Origin: Prorocentrum cordatum
Taxonomy: Eukaryota
Direction of reading: 5' to 3'
NCBI GenBank assembly: GCA_963575745.1
Contig: CAUYUJ010000225.1
Location: 744,001-808,000 of the forward strand
Length of the DNA stretch: 64,000 bases
Both the position numbers and the translations under genes were made by a program. Positions 12,797 to 26,084 of the stretch are shown piece by piece. The notes beneath the pieces were generated by a model. It did no database searches. It worked only from the letters and a program-made list of their open reading frames with translations, and had not been told where the DNA came from. The stretch's first letter is position 1, and every line of letters begins with the position of its first letter.

Positions 12797-14494
12797 CGAC
12801 GGCGATGGCGACGGCAACGGCGACGGCGACGGCGACGGCAACGGCGGCGGCGACAGCGACAGCGACGACACCAATCCTCTCTTGGAGCGCGTTTCGACCA
12901 GAATCCGACTAGCCCCCGTAAGGCGGTGGTGATTTAGGGTGTTTTGTTCCAACGCACCCGTTCCTTCGGGGATGGGCTTTTCAGCGCTCCTTGTCAACAC
13001 TCTGCCGTGATAGGAGACCGCCCAAATGTTTGACAGGCTGGCGCAGAGAGCATCGGAGGTGCCCAGGCAGGTGCGCGGAGCCTGTGCAGGAGCTGTGTCG
13101 GCGGAGAGCGGCCAAGCTCGGGCATGCACTTCCAATTAGATTATGCTGCGGCCCAGCGGGATGGCGGTTCGAAAACGGCGAACCGCGTGGAGCTTCATCG
13201 CAGCAACGGTTCGCGCCAGATTCGAAGGTCGGTTCGAACGAATAGAAATCGGCTCGAAAGAATAGACACGTGAGCGTTTCGTGCGGGATTTTCTCGACAA
13301 GCAGGCTCGAACGAGGTTCGCACTTGGTTCGAAACAAAAGACAAATTAGTGTTTCGTGTGGGACTTCATCAAACAATGACTCGGAAACCGATTCGAAGAC
13401 AGTTCGAAAAGGTCGAAAAGTGAGCGTTTCGTGTGGGAGTCCTTCGAACAGATGACTCGGAGCCCGGTTCACCACAAGTTCGAGTCAAACGAATTGCGTG
13501 GGACGTCCTCTCAAAAATTGTGTTTGCGCCTGGTTCGAAACCACAAGACAATGAGCATTTCGCGTAGGACTTCCTCCGACATCTGATGTGGAATATGTCT
13601 ACAAGCAGGTTCGAAGAAAGACATGATGGCTTCGAATGATACATCCCCCTCGCACGTGAAGCTTTGAGGGCGGGAACGTATTCGTTGCACTGGCGCGCAG
13701 TGGCTGACATCCTGGCGCTTCGCGCGGGACGGTGCGAGTCGATCGTGCCGAACCCTTGGGCGAAGTGATGTGGAGGGCCGCGCCCTCGCCACTCCCCCCT
13801 TCAGACCCGAGGCATTTTACTGCCACGTTGGGGCCCCTCGGAGGGCATCTTCGAGCGTGCGGCTGTGCTGATCATCTTGCGACCTGCGCCCTTTGTGCTC
13901 TGGTTGCCAATACTGGGTGCTCGCCGGCGAGGTGGCGCCCACGGGCGCCCGGGTGCTCGCAGTCACGGCTGTGCGCGGGCGCCGCTGGGTACGAACCGTG
14001 ATGATTGATGGTATCGACCCTGCGCAGCTTGCGTTGACCGGGGAGGCGTTGCAGCATGCGGCGAAGTGCAGCCGAGGACTGAACCGCATCTGTTTTCACG
14101 GATCCGCCCAAGGAGGCGGAGGGGGGGAAGAGAAGGAGGAGGTGGTGGGTGGTCACTGCATAAGGGAAACATAATCCCGAGCAGAGCAACACGCACCAAG
14201 ACCGCGACGACGCCGACGACGACGACGACGGAGACGAGGCGCGCTTACGATCCGCACCGAAGCACGAATTTGGGAAAGGGCCCACCCTGCAGGTTCGGCT
14301 AAACAGCACATCGTTGAGAGGAGGAGGAGGAGGAAGAGGTGCAGGATGAGAAGGAGGAGGAGGAGGAGGGCGCCTTGAACGAAGATGGGGATGCACGGAA
14401 AGATGGGGGGATGGAGGGACGAACGGACGGAGGAAGGAGGGATGTGCAGGGAGGGAACAGGAGGCTCGCAAAAAGGCACCCGAGAGGCCCCACA

Positions 14495-14794
14495 ATCATC
14501 ATCATCGTCATCATCACCATCAGCAGCAGCATCAGCATCGTCAGCATCATTATCAGCATCAACACCACCAGCACCACCATCAGCAGCAGCAGCATCACCA
14601 CCACCACCATCATCACCACCACCATCACCACCACCACCATCATCATCACTATCATCATCACCATCAACATCATCATCAGCAGCATCGACACCGTCACCGT
14701 CATCGTCATCGTCATCGTCATTGTCATCGTCGTCATTGTCACCACCACCACCATCATCATCATCACCACCATTATCATCGTCACCATCACCATT

Positions 14795-14861
<67 letters not shown>

Positions 14862-14870
14862 CCAGCATCA
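14495..14870. repeat. (CAT)n degenerate microsatellite
   Basis: Directly visible. Confidence 0.9.
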
Positions 14871-15353
14871 TTTGCCCCTTCCTCTTGCCCCTCCCCTTCC
14901 TCCTAAGATGGCTCCAAACATCTGTTCTGGATGGGCTGCTAAGAATATTTACGCGAAACGTCTATCATTTCGAGGCGGATCCAGCCGTGGCCACGAAGGC
15001 GCCTCAGGAAGCAACAACAAGTCTACAAACCTGAATGTTCGATCCTCGGTCCTCGATCCCTCAGATCGACGACGAAGACGACGATGAGGACGACGACGAC
15101 GCCGACGGCGGCGGCGGCGACGGCAGCGGCGGCTCGGCTGCGCACGCGCCACGGGAATGACCCTGGGCACGAGTGGCCTTCGGTGCGCGGCCTGCCGGCG
15201 GCACCGTGGGATGCGACGGGACGCGGCCAGCGTGCTCGGTTCTGGCCCCCCCGCGCCCCCGCGGGGACACCGCGCACCAGAGGCCCCTCTGGCGGAGGAC
15301 CACCTCCTGCGTGCAGCCGAGCGGCGGCGGCGGCCCCAGGCGGCGAGGTGAGC

Positions 15354-15448
15354 CACTGCTGCAGACAGTCCGTGTGGTAGACGTGCCCGCAGCTCAGCTC
15401 GAAGCTGGCGGCGGGCGCGGCGGATGGCGCCGCGCCGCCGCCGATGGC
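15354..15448 (-). CDS. Exon of Deltex-like gene: RING-H2 core
   Basis: AIGGGAAPSAAPAASFELSCGHVYHTDCLQQ(W). CAG acceptor, GC donor. Its terminal TG joins the G of the 5829 exon to form Trp. Confidence 0.85.
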
Positions 15449-15572
15449 CTGTGGGCGGGCGGGCCGCCGGTCCTCCGCCGCGTGCTCCCCCAGAGGACTC
15501 GGCCGCACGCAGGAGCGACCCTTGGCAGCAACAAGTGTGGTGCGCGGTTCAGGGGGCCCTGCACGGGTAGGC

Positions 15573-15880
15573 GACCACATGTGGGCCCTACCCAGAAACC
15601 CCACGATTTCTGAGGGAAGGTGGGGGGCGGGTCACTTCGCTCGGGAGCTCCCGAACGAAGTGAACCCCCATCTTAGAAATCGTGGGGGGTGGGGGTAGGG
15701 TTAGGTCGGGCATGTCCCCCTACAGGCGCATTTTGGACGACAAATAGAAAATAGTCAAAACATACACCCCAAATGCTCAAACATGGTCAAAAAGTCGTCC
15801 CAGATCATTGTTCTACTAATTCTGAATACTCCCCCTGTAGAGGGACAGGCCCGACGTAAGGGTAGGGCCCACATGTGGTC
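15573..15880. mobile_element. Composite inverted-repeat element (foldback C plus TIR family D)
   Basis: 21-bp inverted repeats at 15573-15593 and 15860-15880. The inner GGTCGGGCATGTCCCCCTACAGG...CCTGTAGAGGGACAGGCCCGAC unit recurs at about 45869-46012 and 63305-63660. Confidence 0.7.
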
Positions 15881-16025
15881 CCTGAGTGGGGCCCAGCCCA
15901 CGCGTGCAGGCCAAGGCTTGGGGGGCCCCCAGCGGGCCCGCACCAAGGAGCCACTCCGGCGGAAGGCCACCCTTGCGTGCGGCCGAAGGACGTTCCATCG
16001 GGGCGCTTCTCTCCTCCTTCCATCT

Positions 16026-16218
16026 GGGAACAACAAGTGACGTAAACATAAAAACTCGGAGGTCCGCGCGGATTTCTCGGATCGGCGGTGGACCCCCCTC
16101 CCTGGCGCGCGGAGCGCGCCAGGGGCGGCGCCGGAGGCGCCGCCGGGGGGCCCCAGCGCGGATCCGAGAAATCCGCGCGGACCTCCGAGTTTTTATGTTT
16201 ATGTCACTTGTTGTTCCC
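16026..16218. mobile_element. MITE-like element A, about 58-bp terminal inverted repeats
   Basis: GGGAACAACAAGTGACGTAAACATAAAAACTCGGAGGTCCGCGCGGATTTCTCGGATC and its near-perfect reverse complement. Second copy at 59302-59493. Confidence 0.85.
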
Positions 16219-19200
16219 TTATTCCAAGGTTTTGAAACGACACTACGTCGGGTTTCTTAGGCGGCGCGCCCAGCGGGGAAGTGAGAAGGAGAAGGCGTTC
16301 TCAGAAGGCTCGGACGTTCCCGGGACCTCTGAGAAGTTTTCCAGGCCTTCCCCGAGGGCAGAATAAAACTTCTCAGAAGGCCGGAGGCCTTCTGAGAAGT
16401 CCCGCCGCCTTCTGAGAAGGCCTTCTCCTGCTCATTTCCCCCCTGGAGTTCCAGGGACTTCTGAGAAGTTTTCCAAGCCATCCCCGAGGGCAGAACAAAA
16501 TTTCTCAGAAGGCCGGAGGCCTTCTGAGAAGTCCCGCCGCCTTCTGAGAAGGCCTTCTCCTGCTCATTTCCCCCCCCCCGCCCGCCTCCGATTTCTGGGA
16601 TCGCGTCTTCTCTCGATTTCGGCATCTGGGGGCCACGCTCGGGCCACAGGGCAGTGAAGACGTGATCAGGGGAGGGAAGCGATCCTGGGGGAGCGGGCCG
16701 AGGCCGCTGGGGCTCGCGGATTGGGGAACGTACCCTGGCGTTGTGGATGCCATCGCAATGGACACCCCAACTGTCCTATCATTGAACTTACAATGTGCTT
16801 AAGATGTAAGATCGCCCTCCACAACCCTAGCGACGCACCCATCCCATCTGTCACGAGTGGCCAGGACAGCGGGCCAAACTGCTGCGGGCGAGGACGCGAC
16901 AAGAAACGCAATGTGCTGTGAAATCTTCAAAGAAAGCTCGCGCGGTGCACGACTCACGTGACAGGCTCGAATAGGGCAAGAGCCTGTCTGTTTCTTATTC
17001 GCGAAAAACGGGCGGGGCGTGATCGGGAGGGGAGCTCCTCCCTCCCGATCACATCACGGCGGGGCCGCCGTGAGCACCGAAGTGCCCCTGCGTGCACCGC
17101 CACTGCCTAAGGCAGTGACGGTGCACGCAGGGCAGCCTTCGAGCTCGTGCAGCAGTCGTGCTCGAAGGCAGCCTTGGAGCACGACAGCTCGCCAGAGAGC
17201 ACCACATTGACCACAAGACCTTGGTTCGCCTTAAATCTGCCCAGGGCGTTCTTTTAGCGTTTTCAGCTCGGCGTCTTGGAAATCATGTTTGGGCGTTTTC
17301 GGGTCTCCATTAAAAAACTAAAAACGCTTATACAATGATGCGTTGTCTTTGCGTTTCCAGACCGGTGTTTTAGCATTGTCAGCTTGAAAACGCCCCGAAA
17401 ACGCAAAACAAAACGCCAATAAAACAACCCTGAAAAAGCTAAAAAACCTAGCACTTTTTGTTAGCGTCTTCAGCCTGTCAAGAGCACGAAGTAGAAAACG
17501 CGAGCAAAAACGTCCAGGGTGCTTTCAAGGCGAACCAAGCACAAGACGGCGCACAAATGAGAGCAGCGCGACATGCTTGCGAAGTGAACGGGGGCCGACT
17601 GATCAACCGGAGACTCGTCACCGCTGGCCTCGGGGGGCCTCTAGAAACCTCCGGAGGCTTCCAGGAGCCCTACAGCTCCCCCGAATGCCCCAAAGCCGCC
17701 GACGACGAAATGTGTAAAAAATATGCACACTCCTCCTCCTCCTCGTCCTCCTCCTCCTCCTCCTCCTCCTCTTTTCTCCTCCCTTCTCCTCCTCGCTCCT
17801 CCCTCGTCTCCTTTGCTGTCTCCCCCCCGCTCCTCCCCCCAGAGATCGGGGTCCTTCCTCCGGAGGCACCCCCTTGTTTTCGACCTCCCGGGCGCGGACG
17901 ACAGCGACGACGACGAATTCCTGGGAACCCTTTAGGATCCTTCAAAGATCCTCGACTAAATCCTTCTGGCAGTTGGGACCCCGCGCGGGTGCACTGCCCA
18001 GCGGCTCGTCCTCCGACGCCGCCATCTGGACCAGCAGGGGCACTTGTGGGACACCCGAGAACACAGACAGACAACGATGACCAAGAGAAAACGGAAACGC
18101 AACAATGTAGGAACTTGTGGGAGATACGTGGATGGGGTTGCTTGCTCAGATGCTCAGAAGGTGAAAAATAATCGGGGAAGAGAAAGGGGGCAAGCGTACG
18201 GAGACGAAATTAACGCGCCGCCCTGGCTGCTCGAGCGCCCAACTCTATTCAGTGCCGGAAGCGGGTGAGGCCTAGCTCTATTGCCAGTCTCGCTGCTCAT
18301 TTCTGGCAACTTTCGGCACCAGGGTGAAACTTCCACGGGCGCGCCGCCCATTGGCGGTCCCTGGGGAAGGAAGTCTAGGCCCGGGTCGCGCACCATCATC
18401 AGATTAACGACCCTCGTGGCTCTGGAGGGTATCGCGCAAAGTTGCAGCCACAGCCCGTCCAGCTCGCCCGCGTCCATGCACATGGGCCCACGAAAACGGC
18501 GACATTGTCACATGCCGCAGCCCCGCAAAGACGTCGAGGCCCCGCTCGATCAGCCTCGGCCGTCATCCACGAAAGCGGCGACGGTTTCACTGCGCTGGCC
18601 CCTCCCAGGAGCTCACGAAAAAGGCGACGGTTTCTTCCCAGCTCGCAGGCTGCCCGCGAAACACGCGAGGCCTCGCTTGACCCGCAGGACATCACTGCGA
18701 TGGCCCTTCCAGGAGCTCACGAAAGGTGTCATTTTCACAGTTCGCAGCCCCGCAGGGACAGCGAGGTCCCGCTTGATCTGCGTAGGACGTAACTGCGCTG
18801 GCCCTGGTCCTATTGGAGCTCACGAAAATGGCGAACTGTCGACATTTTCACAGATCGCAGCACTGCAGGGAAGGCGAGGTCAGGCGTGGTCCGCGTAGGA
18901 CGTCACTGCGCTGGACATGCCAGAAGCTCGCGAGAGTGGCGAACACTTCGCAGCCCCGCGGGGACAGCGAGGTCCCGCTTCGAGGCGTTGCATTTCTGTA
19001 CACGCCCAAATTCGGGTCCACAGACACGCTCAGATCGGTCCCACCCGAAAAGTGCCGCAGAAAGATGGGCTCAATGGGCTCCAGTCGAGACTCGCATGAT
19101 GTTGCAAATGTTCGTGCTGGTGATTGTCCCGCTCTTCCCTCCCCCCTCCTGCCTCACCAGAGCAACTCCTGCACGAATGCAGGAGGGACTGATAAGCCGT

Positions 19201-21596
19201 GGGTATGCAAGAACAAGTAGCGTCGCAAATTACCTGAACAAATTCAACACCCACGGGTAGTTGCGCTGCGTCCTCGTCGGACGATCTCCCGTACCAGGAC
19301 CAAGCCGGCGCTGTCCAGAGGCGATTGTGAATGAAACCACTGAGCAGAAGCCATGAGCTCTGGGACTTTCTAATGGGCAACATGTAAGCGGAGACTTCGA
19401 GACGGATTATCATCTGTCGGTTTCGGTTCGTAATCGCCCCCCCATGATTTTAAGATTTCCCACAAATCCGTGCAGGGGTTGACTGGGAAGGTGTGGGACT
19501 CCTGCGCAGGGACGACCACAGGAACAAACAAAACAAGCATCACAACAAAACAAACAAACCTGGGGAACTTGCTGAAGATGGGGGGAATTCCCCAGCAAGT
19601 TCCCCTGGATTATTGTTTTACTGCTTTTTGTTGTTTCCGATTATTTTCCTTGATTCTTCCCCCAAAGGAGATTCTGACTGTGAGGAGGTATAAGAAGAGG
19701 AAGAGACGGAGGAGGAGGACGAGGGGGAGGGGGGGAAGTCGCCCAGCAAGTTCCCCAGGATCGCTTTTCGTTAATATTGGTGATACCTGTCCTATGGTTT
19801 TACTGGATTCTGCCCCGAACAGAGATTCTGACTTGGAGGGGGAGTAGCAGGAGGAGGAGGAGGAAGAAGAAGAAGAGGAGGAAGAACAGGAAGAGCAAGA
19901 GGGGGAGGATGAGCGCCCGTACCTCTTGAGTCCAAGGGTCTCCGGGCACTCAGCACCTCGCGGGTTTCAGCCAGGGGTAAGGCCTGGCCGATCCAGGCGG
20001 AGGCGGGAGAATCGAGTAGTTGTGCGGCACTTCGGCACGTGCCGCTTTGAGGGTATGCAGCTGCTGGGACGGACTCTAAGGGGGCGCCCGTCTCGATGCG
20101 AGACCATTCCCTTAGCAACGCTGCATGCATAGGAACTGAAAGCCATTACTGAAATACTATTTTCCTGGGTGAGGTCAAGCACGATGTATTGCACAGGGGG
20201 CCCAGGCCCCAGATGGAGAAGGGGACACGGCGGGACGACAGCGCGTGGACGACAAGCGAAGTACGTGAAGCGGGGGCACATTGACTAGTGCTCCATGCAA
20301 TCGGGGCGAGGGCACCCCAACATTGAAGGGGCCCCAGGACACACAAATAAATACACACAAATAAACAGATGCACCATATTTTCCTATATTTTCTAGGTTT
20401 TTGTCTTCCCCACCACTTCCCATATTTTCCAAGAAATCGAAGATTACTCGTCTGAAACATGCAGCTCCACGGCGTGTCCGTGACGGGCATGCGGCTCGTG
20501 GTTCTCCACCCTCCCGCAGTCGTACCCATGCACCGCCCGCGCACACCGGGCGGCGCCCGGCTCGAAGTGTCCCGCGCCAGGTCCCATCGCCCCCCGAGCC
20601 GAGTGGGCGTGTCGGACGGGAGAGCCGCGTGCGCAGGCGCCGGCCAGTGAGCAACGGCAGCTGGCCAGGGCAGGCAGAGCTTGCCGAGGAGCGCGGAAGC
20701 GCTCCTCGGCGTCCGCGGGCGAGGATGGAATGCGAGTGCAGCGCGCACGGCGCCGCGTGCCCGCTGTTGGGCAATGCGGAGCTGCGAAGAGCCAAGCGCT
20801 GGCAAGCGATCCCCAAGTCGTGTCTGGCGCCATTGGCGCATCTCCACGCGCAAGCCATGGCATTCGTGAGGATAGAGGTTAGGGCCGAAGAGGGTGACCA
20901 ATTGGCCAGGGAGAGGAACTCGGAGCGACAGAACGAGTTCCAGGGGAGGTGGGGGGCTTGGTATTCGCGGTGTTGGAATGCCAGGAGTAATGACTTGGCG
21001 CAGTTTAGACTGTCAGGACGCAACAATCACGGGTGATTCGCGGCGCTGAAGTCCCAGGAATTGTGTTCTGGCACGACTACAGATTCTCTAACGGGTGTCT
21101 TCCAATGGGGCACCTCCCGCAATAAACATCAATGCTTGTGGGGACTTATGAAGAGGGAGCTGGGAGGGAAGGTTCATCGCAGCACCGTTGGTGCGTCTTG
21201 GGTTCGCACTGGTCCTCCTCTTCCTCCAGCGGGCGTCGCGTGCGTGCAGGAACTGCGCCTTGCCGTCTCATTCGCCCAGAGAGCTGTGGAGTTGTTCGTT
21301 CATGTTGTTTCTATCAGCTGAGAGGCGATTGGTCACCACACGCCCCTTCATCGTTCGGGACCTCGGTCGGTCGGTCGGTCATCGGGCAGTGCCGTCACCG
21401 TCGCCGAGACACAGGCAGCAGGAAAAGAGAGAAAGGAAAAACGATGGCGACAGCAGCGGCGGCACGGCGGCGCGGGACTCCTGCCTACGCCAGCAGACGC
21501 AGGTCAAAGGCTGCCGAGAGGCAGCCTGGAGAGGCAGCTCGGGACCTCCTCCTCCTCCTCCTCCTCCTCCTCCTCCTCGCCTTCCTCCCCGATAGC

Positions 21597-21653
21597 CTCC
21601 AGGCAGATAGAGCACTTGTCGCAGTCGGGCCCCCGCAAGGCCAGGGCGGCGGC
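21597..21653 (-). CDS. Exon of Deltex-like gene: first CxxC of the RING
   Basis: AAALALRGPDCDKCSICLE, phase 0/0, AG acceptor, GC donor. Completes C-x2-C...C-x-H-x2-H-x2-C...C-x2-C. Confidence 0.8.
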
Positions 21654-22097
21654 CTCGGAGGGGCGGCCCATGAAAGATCCACGGGTCAGTGGTCGTCGTA
21701 GTCATATCAGGGAGGCGACTCTACTCCCAAAGACTCTTCAGAAAATCAGCAAGCAAACTGAACGAATACTCGGACCCCTCAAGAAGGGTCCGGAAAAAGC
21801 AAGCAAGCAAACCAAACATCGAATGTAAACCTCTTCAAACTAGCAAGCAAGCAAATCCGCCGGCCCCCTTGTGGGGCCACCAGGCTGCGAGGCGCGGGAT
21901 TCGCAGTTTCCTGTACCAGTTGTAGCTTGTAGTTTCCAGTGTTACAGTTCTGCTTCTTGCTGGAAACTGTAACTAGTTGACTTATTGCTGGTTACTGTAA
22001 CTAGTTGATTGACCGCTCGAGGGGGGGGAGGCCCAAACAGGACTTTTTAGCACCCCCTGGGCGCGTTGTCTGAATTGCTGGGGGGGCTCGAAATCGA

Positions 22098-22697
22098 CAC
22101 CCCTCACGCAGATCCGCGGGGTCAGGGTCCAAAAACACCAGGGATTTGCCACATTTCTGAAATTTGGTGCCACCCCTCACGCAGATCCGCGGGGTCAGGG
22201 TCCAAAAACACATGGGATTTGCTACATTTCTGCAATTCCGTGCCACCCCTCACGCAGATCCGCGGGGTCAGGGTCCAAAAACACATTTGGAGATTTCAGG
22301 GTTTTTGCTGCAATTCGTGCTACCCCTCACGCAGATCCGCGGGGTCAGGGTCCAAAAACACACGGGATTTGCCACATTTCTGAAATTCGGTGCCACCCCT
22401 CACGCAGATCCGCGGGGTCAGGGTCCAAAAACACATGGGATTTGCCACATTTCTGAAATTCGGTGCCACCCCTCACGCAGATCCGCGGGGTCAGGGTCCA
22501 AAAACACAGGGATTTGCCACATTTCTGAAATTCGGTGCCACCCCTCACGCAGATCCGCGGGGTCAGGGTCCAAAAACACAAGGGATTTGCCACATTTCTG
22601 AAATTCGGTGCCACCCCTCACGCAGATCCGCGGGGTCAGGGTCCAAAAACACAGGGGATTTGCCACATTTCTGAAATTCGGTGCCACCCCTCACGCA
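22098..22697. repeat. Tandem minisatellite, about 73-bp unit, 8 copies plus a partial
   Basis: Unit CACCCCTCACGCAGATCCGCGGGGTCAGGGTCCAAAAACAC..GGGATTTGCCACATTTCTGAAATTCGGTGC, near-identical copies. Confidence 0.95.
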
Positions 22698-23992
22698 CAT
22701 CCATCGCAAGGCGTGGTAACCCAAACTGCGAGTACTCCCTCGGCCCTTTAATCCCAAGGTGTGGTAACCAAGCTCGTAAACCATACACGTCTTACCAATC
22801 GCCCTGTGTGGTAACCCCTCTTGTGATCAGTTGGTTTTGCCGATTGCGAATCGGCCTCGCATGAAGTTCCGATACTGCTGCACGACAGCGCCAAAGCCTC
22901 ATGACTTAGCTCTTCCATGGCCCATTCTCCGAGAGAGGGGGCCGGCGGCAGGGGGCGAAGCCCTTACGGATAATCTCTGATCCCCTAACCTCCTTGAACG
23001 AAACAGCAGATTAACCCAACAACTTTCTGAAACACGCATGCAAGCATCGACTGACTTCGTTCACACATCTTTTTTCGGATACCCGCTTCGGAAATTACGA
23101 AGGGGTGCCTCAAAGCCCCAAGATGGCCCGAAGGGGGCCTCAAGAGCCCCAAGATGCCTCCGAGTAGCCCCGAAATTGTCCAACCAGAGTTGTCCCAGTG
23201 TTACCACAAGATGGCTTCAGGATAGCGAATTCGTACGTACAGCCCACGCGTCCGAGCTCCCCCATGGCTCCATGGAGCCGTCCAATCCGCGAGGGCTTCC
23301 CAGGGCCTCTCAGAAACTCGCAGGGGTTCCCCAAAGCTCCGCTGGCCGCTCAATGCCTCCGGAAGCTATGCACAACTCGCCGAGGCCTGCCCAGACTCCG
23401 CAATGCCTCCAGCCCCGTTGGAGCCTCGGGGGAGCCTCGGGCGCCCCTCACGGTGACCCCAGAAGACCCGCAGATGCAGCAAAGCCAAGGCCGCCAAAAA
23501 CAGCAAGCAAGCAAAGGGCACCGACACCCTTACCCCCTTCCAGAAAAAAACAGCAAGCAAGCAGACGCAGGGCCAGACCCTTGCACCTGAAAGCATGAGT
23601 CGCCTCCCTGATGTAGTCATCGTCGGCAGCGTCGTCGTCGTCGTCGCCGCCGTCGTCGCCGTCGCCGTCGCCGTCCGATGCTGTTGCCGTCGTCGGCCCC
23701 TGGGGGTCTCGGAAACTCTCCCGGGGCTCCACGAGTGCCCGGAGACCCCCGGAGGCCTAAGTGGGGCTCCAAGCGACACAAGCCTCGGTGCTCGTCGTCG
23801 CTGCCGGCTCTGTCACCGCAGCAGAAGCCGCCGTCGCCATCGCCCCGGTCGCCGCCATCGCCGCCACCGCCGTCGCCGCCGCCGCGGTCTTGGTGATCGT
23901 CGCGGCGGTCGTCGAAGTCATCGCCTTTACCGCCGCCGCCGACGCCGCCGCCGCCGTCGTCATCGTAATTTTCGTCGAGGTCGTCGTCGTCG

Positions 23993-24050
<58 letters not shown>

Positions 24051-24072
24051 GGTCGTCATCGTCGTCAGCCGC

Positions 24073-24151
24073 CTCGCTGGCGCTCAGGTGGCGACCGTGC
24101 CTCGACAGGTCGAGGGCCTCGTCGAGGTCCAGCTCGTCGGGCAGCACGACC
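24073..24151 (-). CDS. Probable exon of Deltex-like gene
   Basis: (R)VVLPDELDLDEALDLSRHGRHLSASE. A high-GC3 island between microsatellites, AG/GC boundaries, phase compatible with both neighbours. Confidence 0.65.
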
Positions 24152-25961
24152 CTCGCAGGGCCCTCGTCGTCGTCCTCCTCCTCCTCCTCCTCCTCCTCCT
24201 CCTCCTCCTCCTCCTCCTCCTCTTCCTTCTCCTCCTCCTCCTCCTCCTCCTCGAGCTCCTCCCCCTCCCCTCCTCCCAACTCTTCCCCCTCCTTCACGGG
24301 GGGGCTGAGAGCCACCGTGCTGCAGGAGGGTAACCAATGCCAATGCTTGGCGCCTGGTCCCCACACGCGGCGTTGGCATCCACAAGCCGGTCGACTTCTC
24401 ACAAGCTCCTCACCCTCCTCCCCCCCCTCCCCTCGCTGGCCATCCCGCCATCCCCCTCCTTCCTCTCCTCATTCTCATCCTCATCGTGATCCCGCTCGCC
24501 TTCCATCATCATCCGTCCGCCTATATTTCTACTGCAGCTGGCGCGGCTGGCAACGCCACGTGCGCGCGGGCCGCGAAGATCCTCGACGCCGGCGCTGCTC
24601 GGAGGGGCGAGCGCGGGAAGCACGATGCTTCGGGGCCCCTCCGAGGCGGACCTGGCCGACAGCGGCGCTCCCGAAGCGCCGACCACGGCGTCCCCGCCTC
24701 GGTTCAAGCCGACTGGGAGTTCCGCCAACGCTCGGACGGGTTCGGGGATGGACAGAAACCCCTTCAGCAAAACGTAGTTCAATGAAAACGACCTCGGGCC
24801 CAAGCCTGGCGGGCGCAAGCCTCGCGGCGCCCTCTCGAGAACCGCAAACGGACAACTCACTAATCGACGTATCAGGGTGGGGGGTTCTGCCCACCACCGA
24901 CGGGTGGTAGTGGGGGGTGACCCACATGGGGGGTGAAGACATGGGCCCCAACATGGCACTTTAGGACCTCTTTGGGGCCCCCGTTAGCTCCAAAAGGGGC
25001 CCTGGAGTGTCCCTTTACGGTCATCTTCTTCAACCCCCCCGTATCGGGGGACCGCAAACATGGATTAGCGATCCATGGAGGTGGCGCGCGGTCGCCAACT
25101 CCATGGATCGGGGGAGGTTCCCTACCCAAAATGCGGCCGGTGCCGCCTCGTTCGGCGGCGGAAATCCGCGGCTTCCCATGGAAGCGGGACCCGTCGCGAA
25201 TCCACGCCCCCTTGATCCACGGTTGCGACCGCCTGAATTTAGGCCACCCCCCATCACCACCAGCCCGAAACGCCCACGACGTGTATTGTGCAGGGGCCGA
25301 CCGTCCCGGTATTCCTATAGGCCTACCGCGAAACGTTCTCAGAACCCAAGAATGTTCTTATAGCAAAAACACGATGCTCTTAGAACAGAATTCCGATGTG
25401 TTACAGCAAGACAGTCCCAGCCAGAACTGTTCTAAGAACACTTTGTGGAGACCACAAAAGGTTCTTAGCCATTCTTTGGTGGCCCTATAGGCGAGCCAGG
25501 ACGCTTCGCCACTGCTTGTGTAACTCTGGCCTGCCTGGCCGGTGCCTCTCGGCCACACGCAAGAGCGACCCTCGGTAAGAGTGCCCTTTGGTGCGCGGTT
25601 TTTTGGGGGCCGCGGGGGGGCCAAACGCAAGCGCACAAAACGCTACTACCGCATCACGTTCGGCGGTCGGGGGACCCCCATGGGCCCGCACCAAAGGTCA
25701 CTCCGGTTTTTTTGTCGCGGCCGCAGGCGAGAGCGCAAGCGGCGACTCGTAAGTCCGGGGCACGGGCCTACTAATTGACAACAGGAGCAAACTACAGCCG
25801 CGCACCTAAACTGCCTAAGCTGCCTAAGCGGCGCCTCAAGTGAGCTGCAAGCTGCACTAAGTGTGGATGCCCGGGCCCGCACCAAAGGTCACTCCGGCGG
25901 AGGGTCACTGCTACGTCTGGTCGCCTCGGGCCCTCTCCGCGGCGGGCCAGGGCGCCCGCGC

Positions 25962-26084
25962 CTGCCCGGCGCCAGGCGCGGCAGGTCGACCAGCAGCTCC
26001 ACGCGCGAGCCGCCGCGCAGCACCCAGGCGCCGCCAGCCTCGAGCTGCAGGAAGTCCTCTACGACCTCGGAGGTCGCAGGCCTC
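25962..26084 (-). CDS. Probable exon of Deltex-like gene (5' boundary uncertain)
   Basis: RPATSEVVEDFLQLEAGGAWVLRGGSRVELLVDLPRLAPG(R). High GC3; ends AG|GC in phase 2, matching the next exon. Confidence 0.6.

Noticed and set aside
22098..22697. CRISPR-like regular repeat
   Set aside because: No unique spacers, no cas genes, eukaryotic context; it is a minisatellite.
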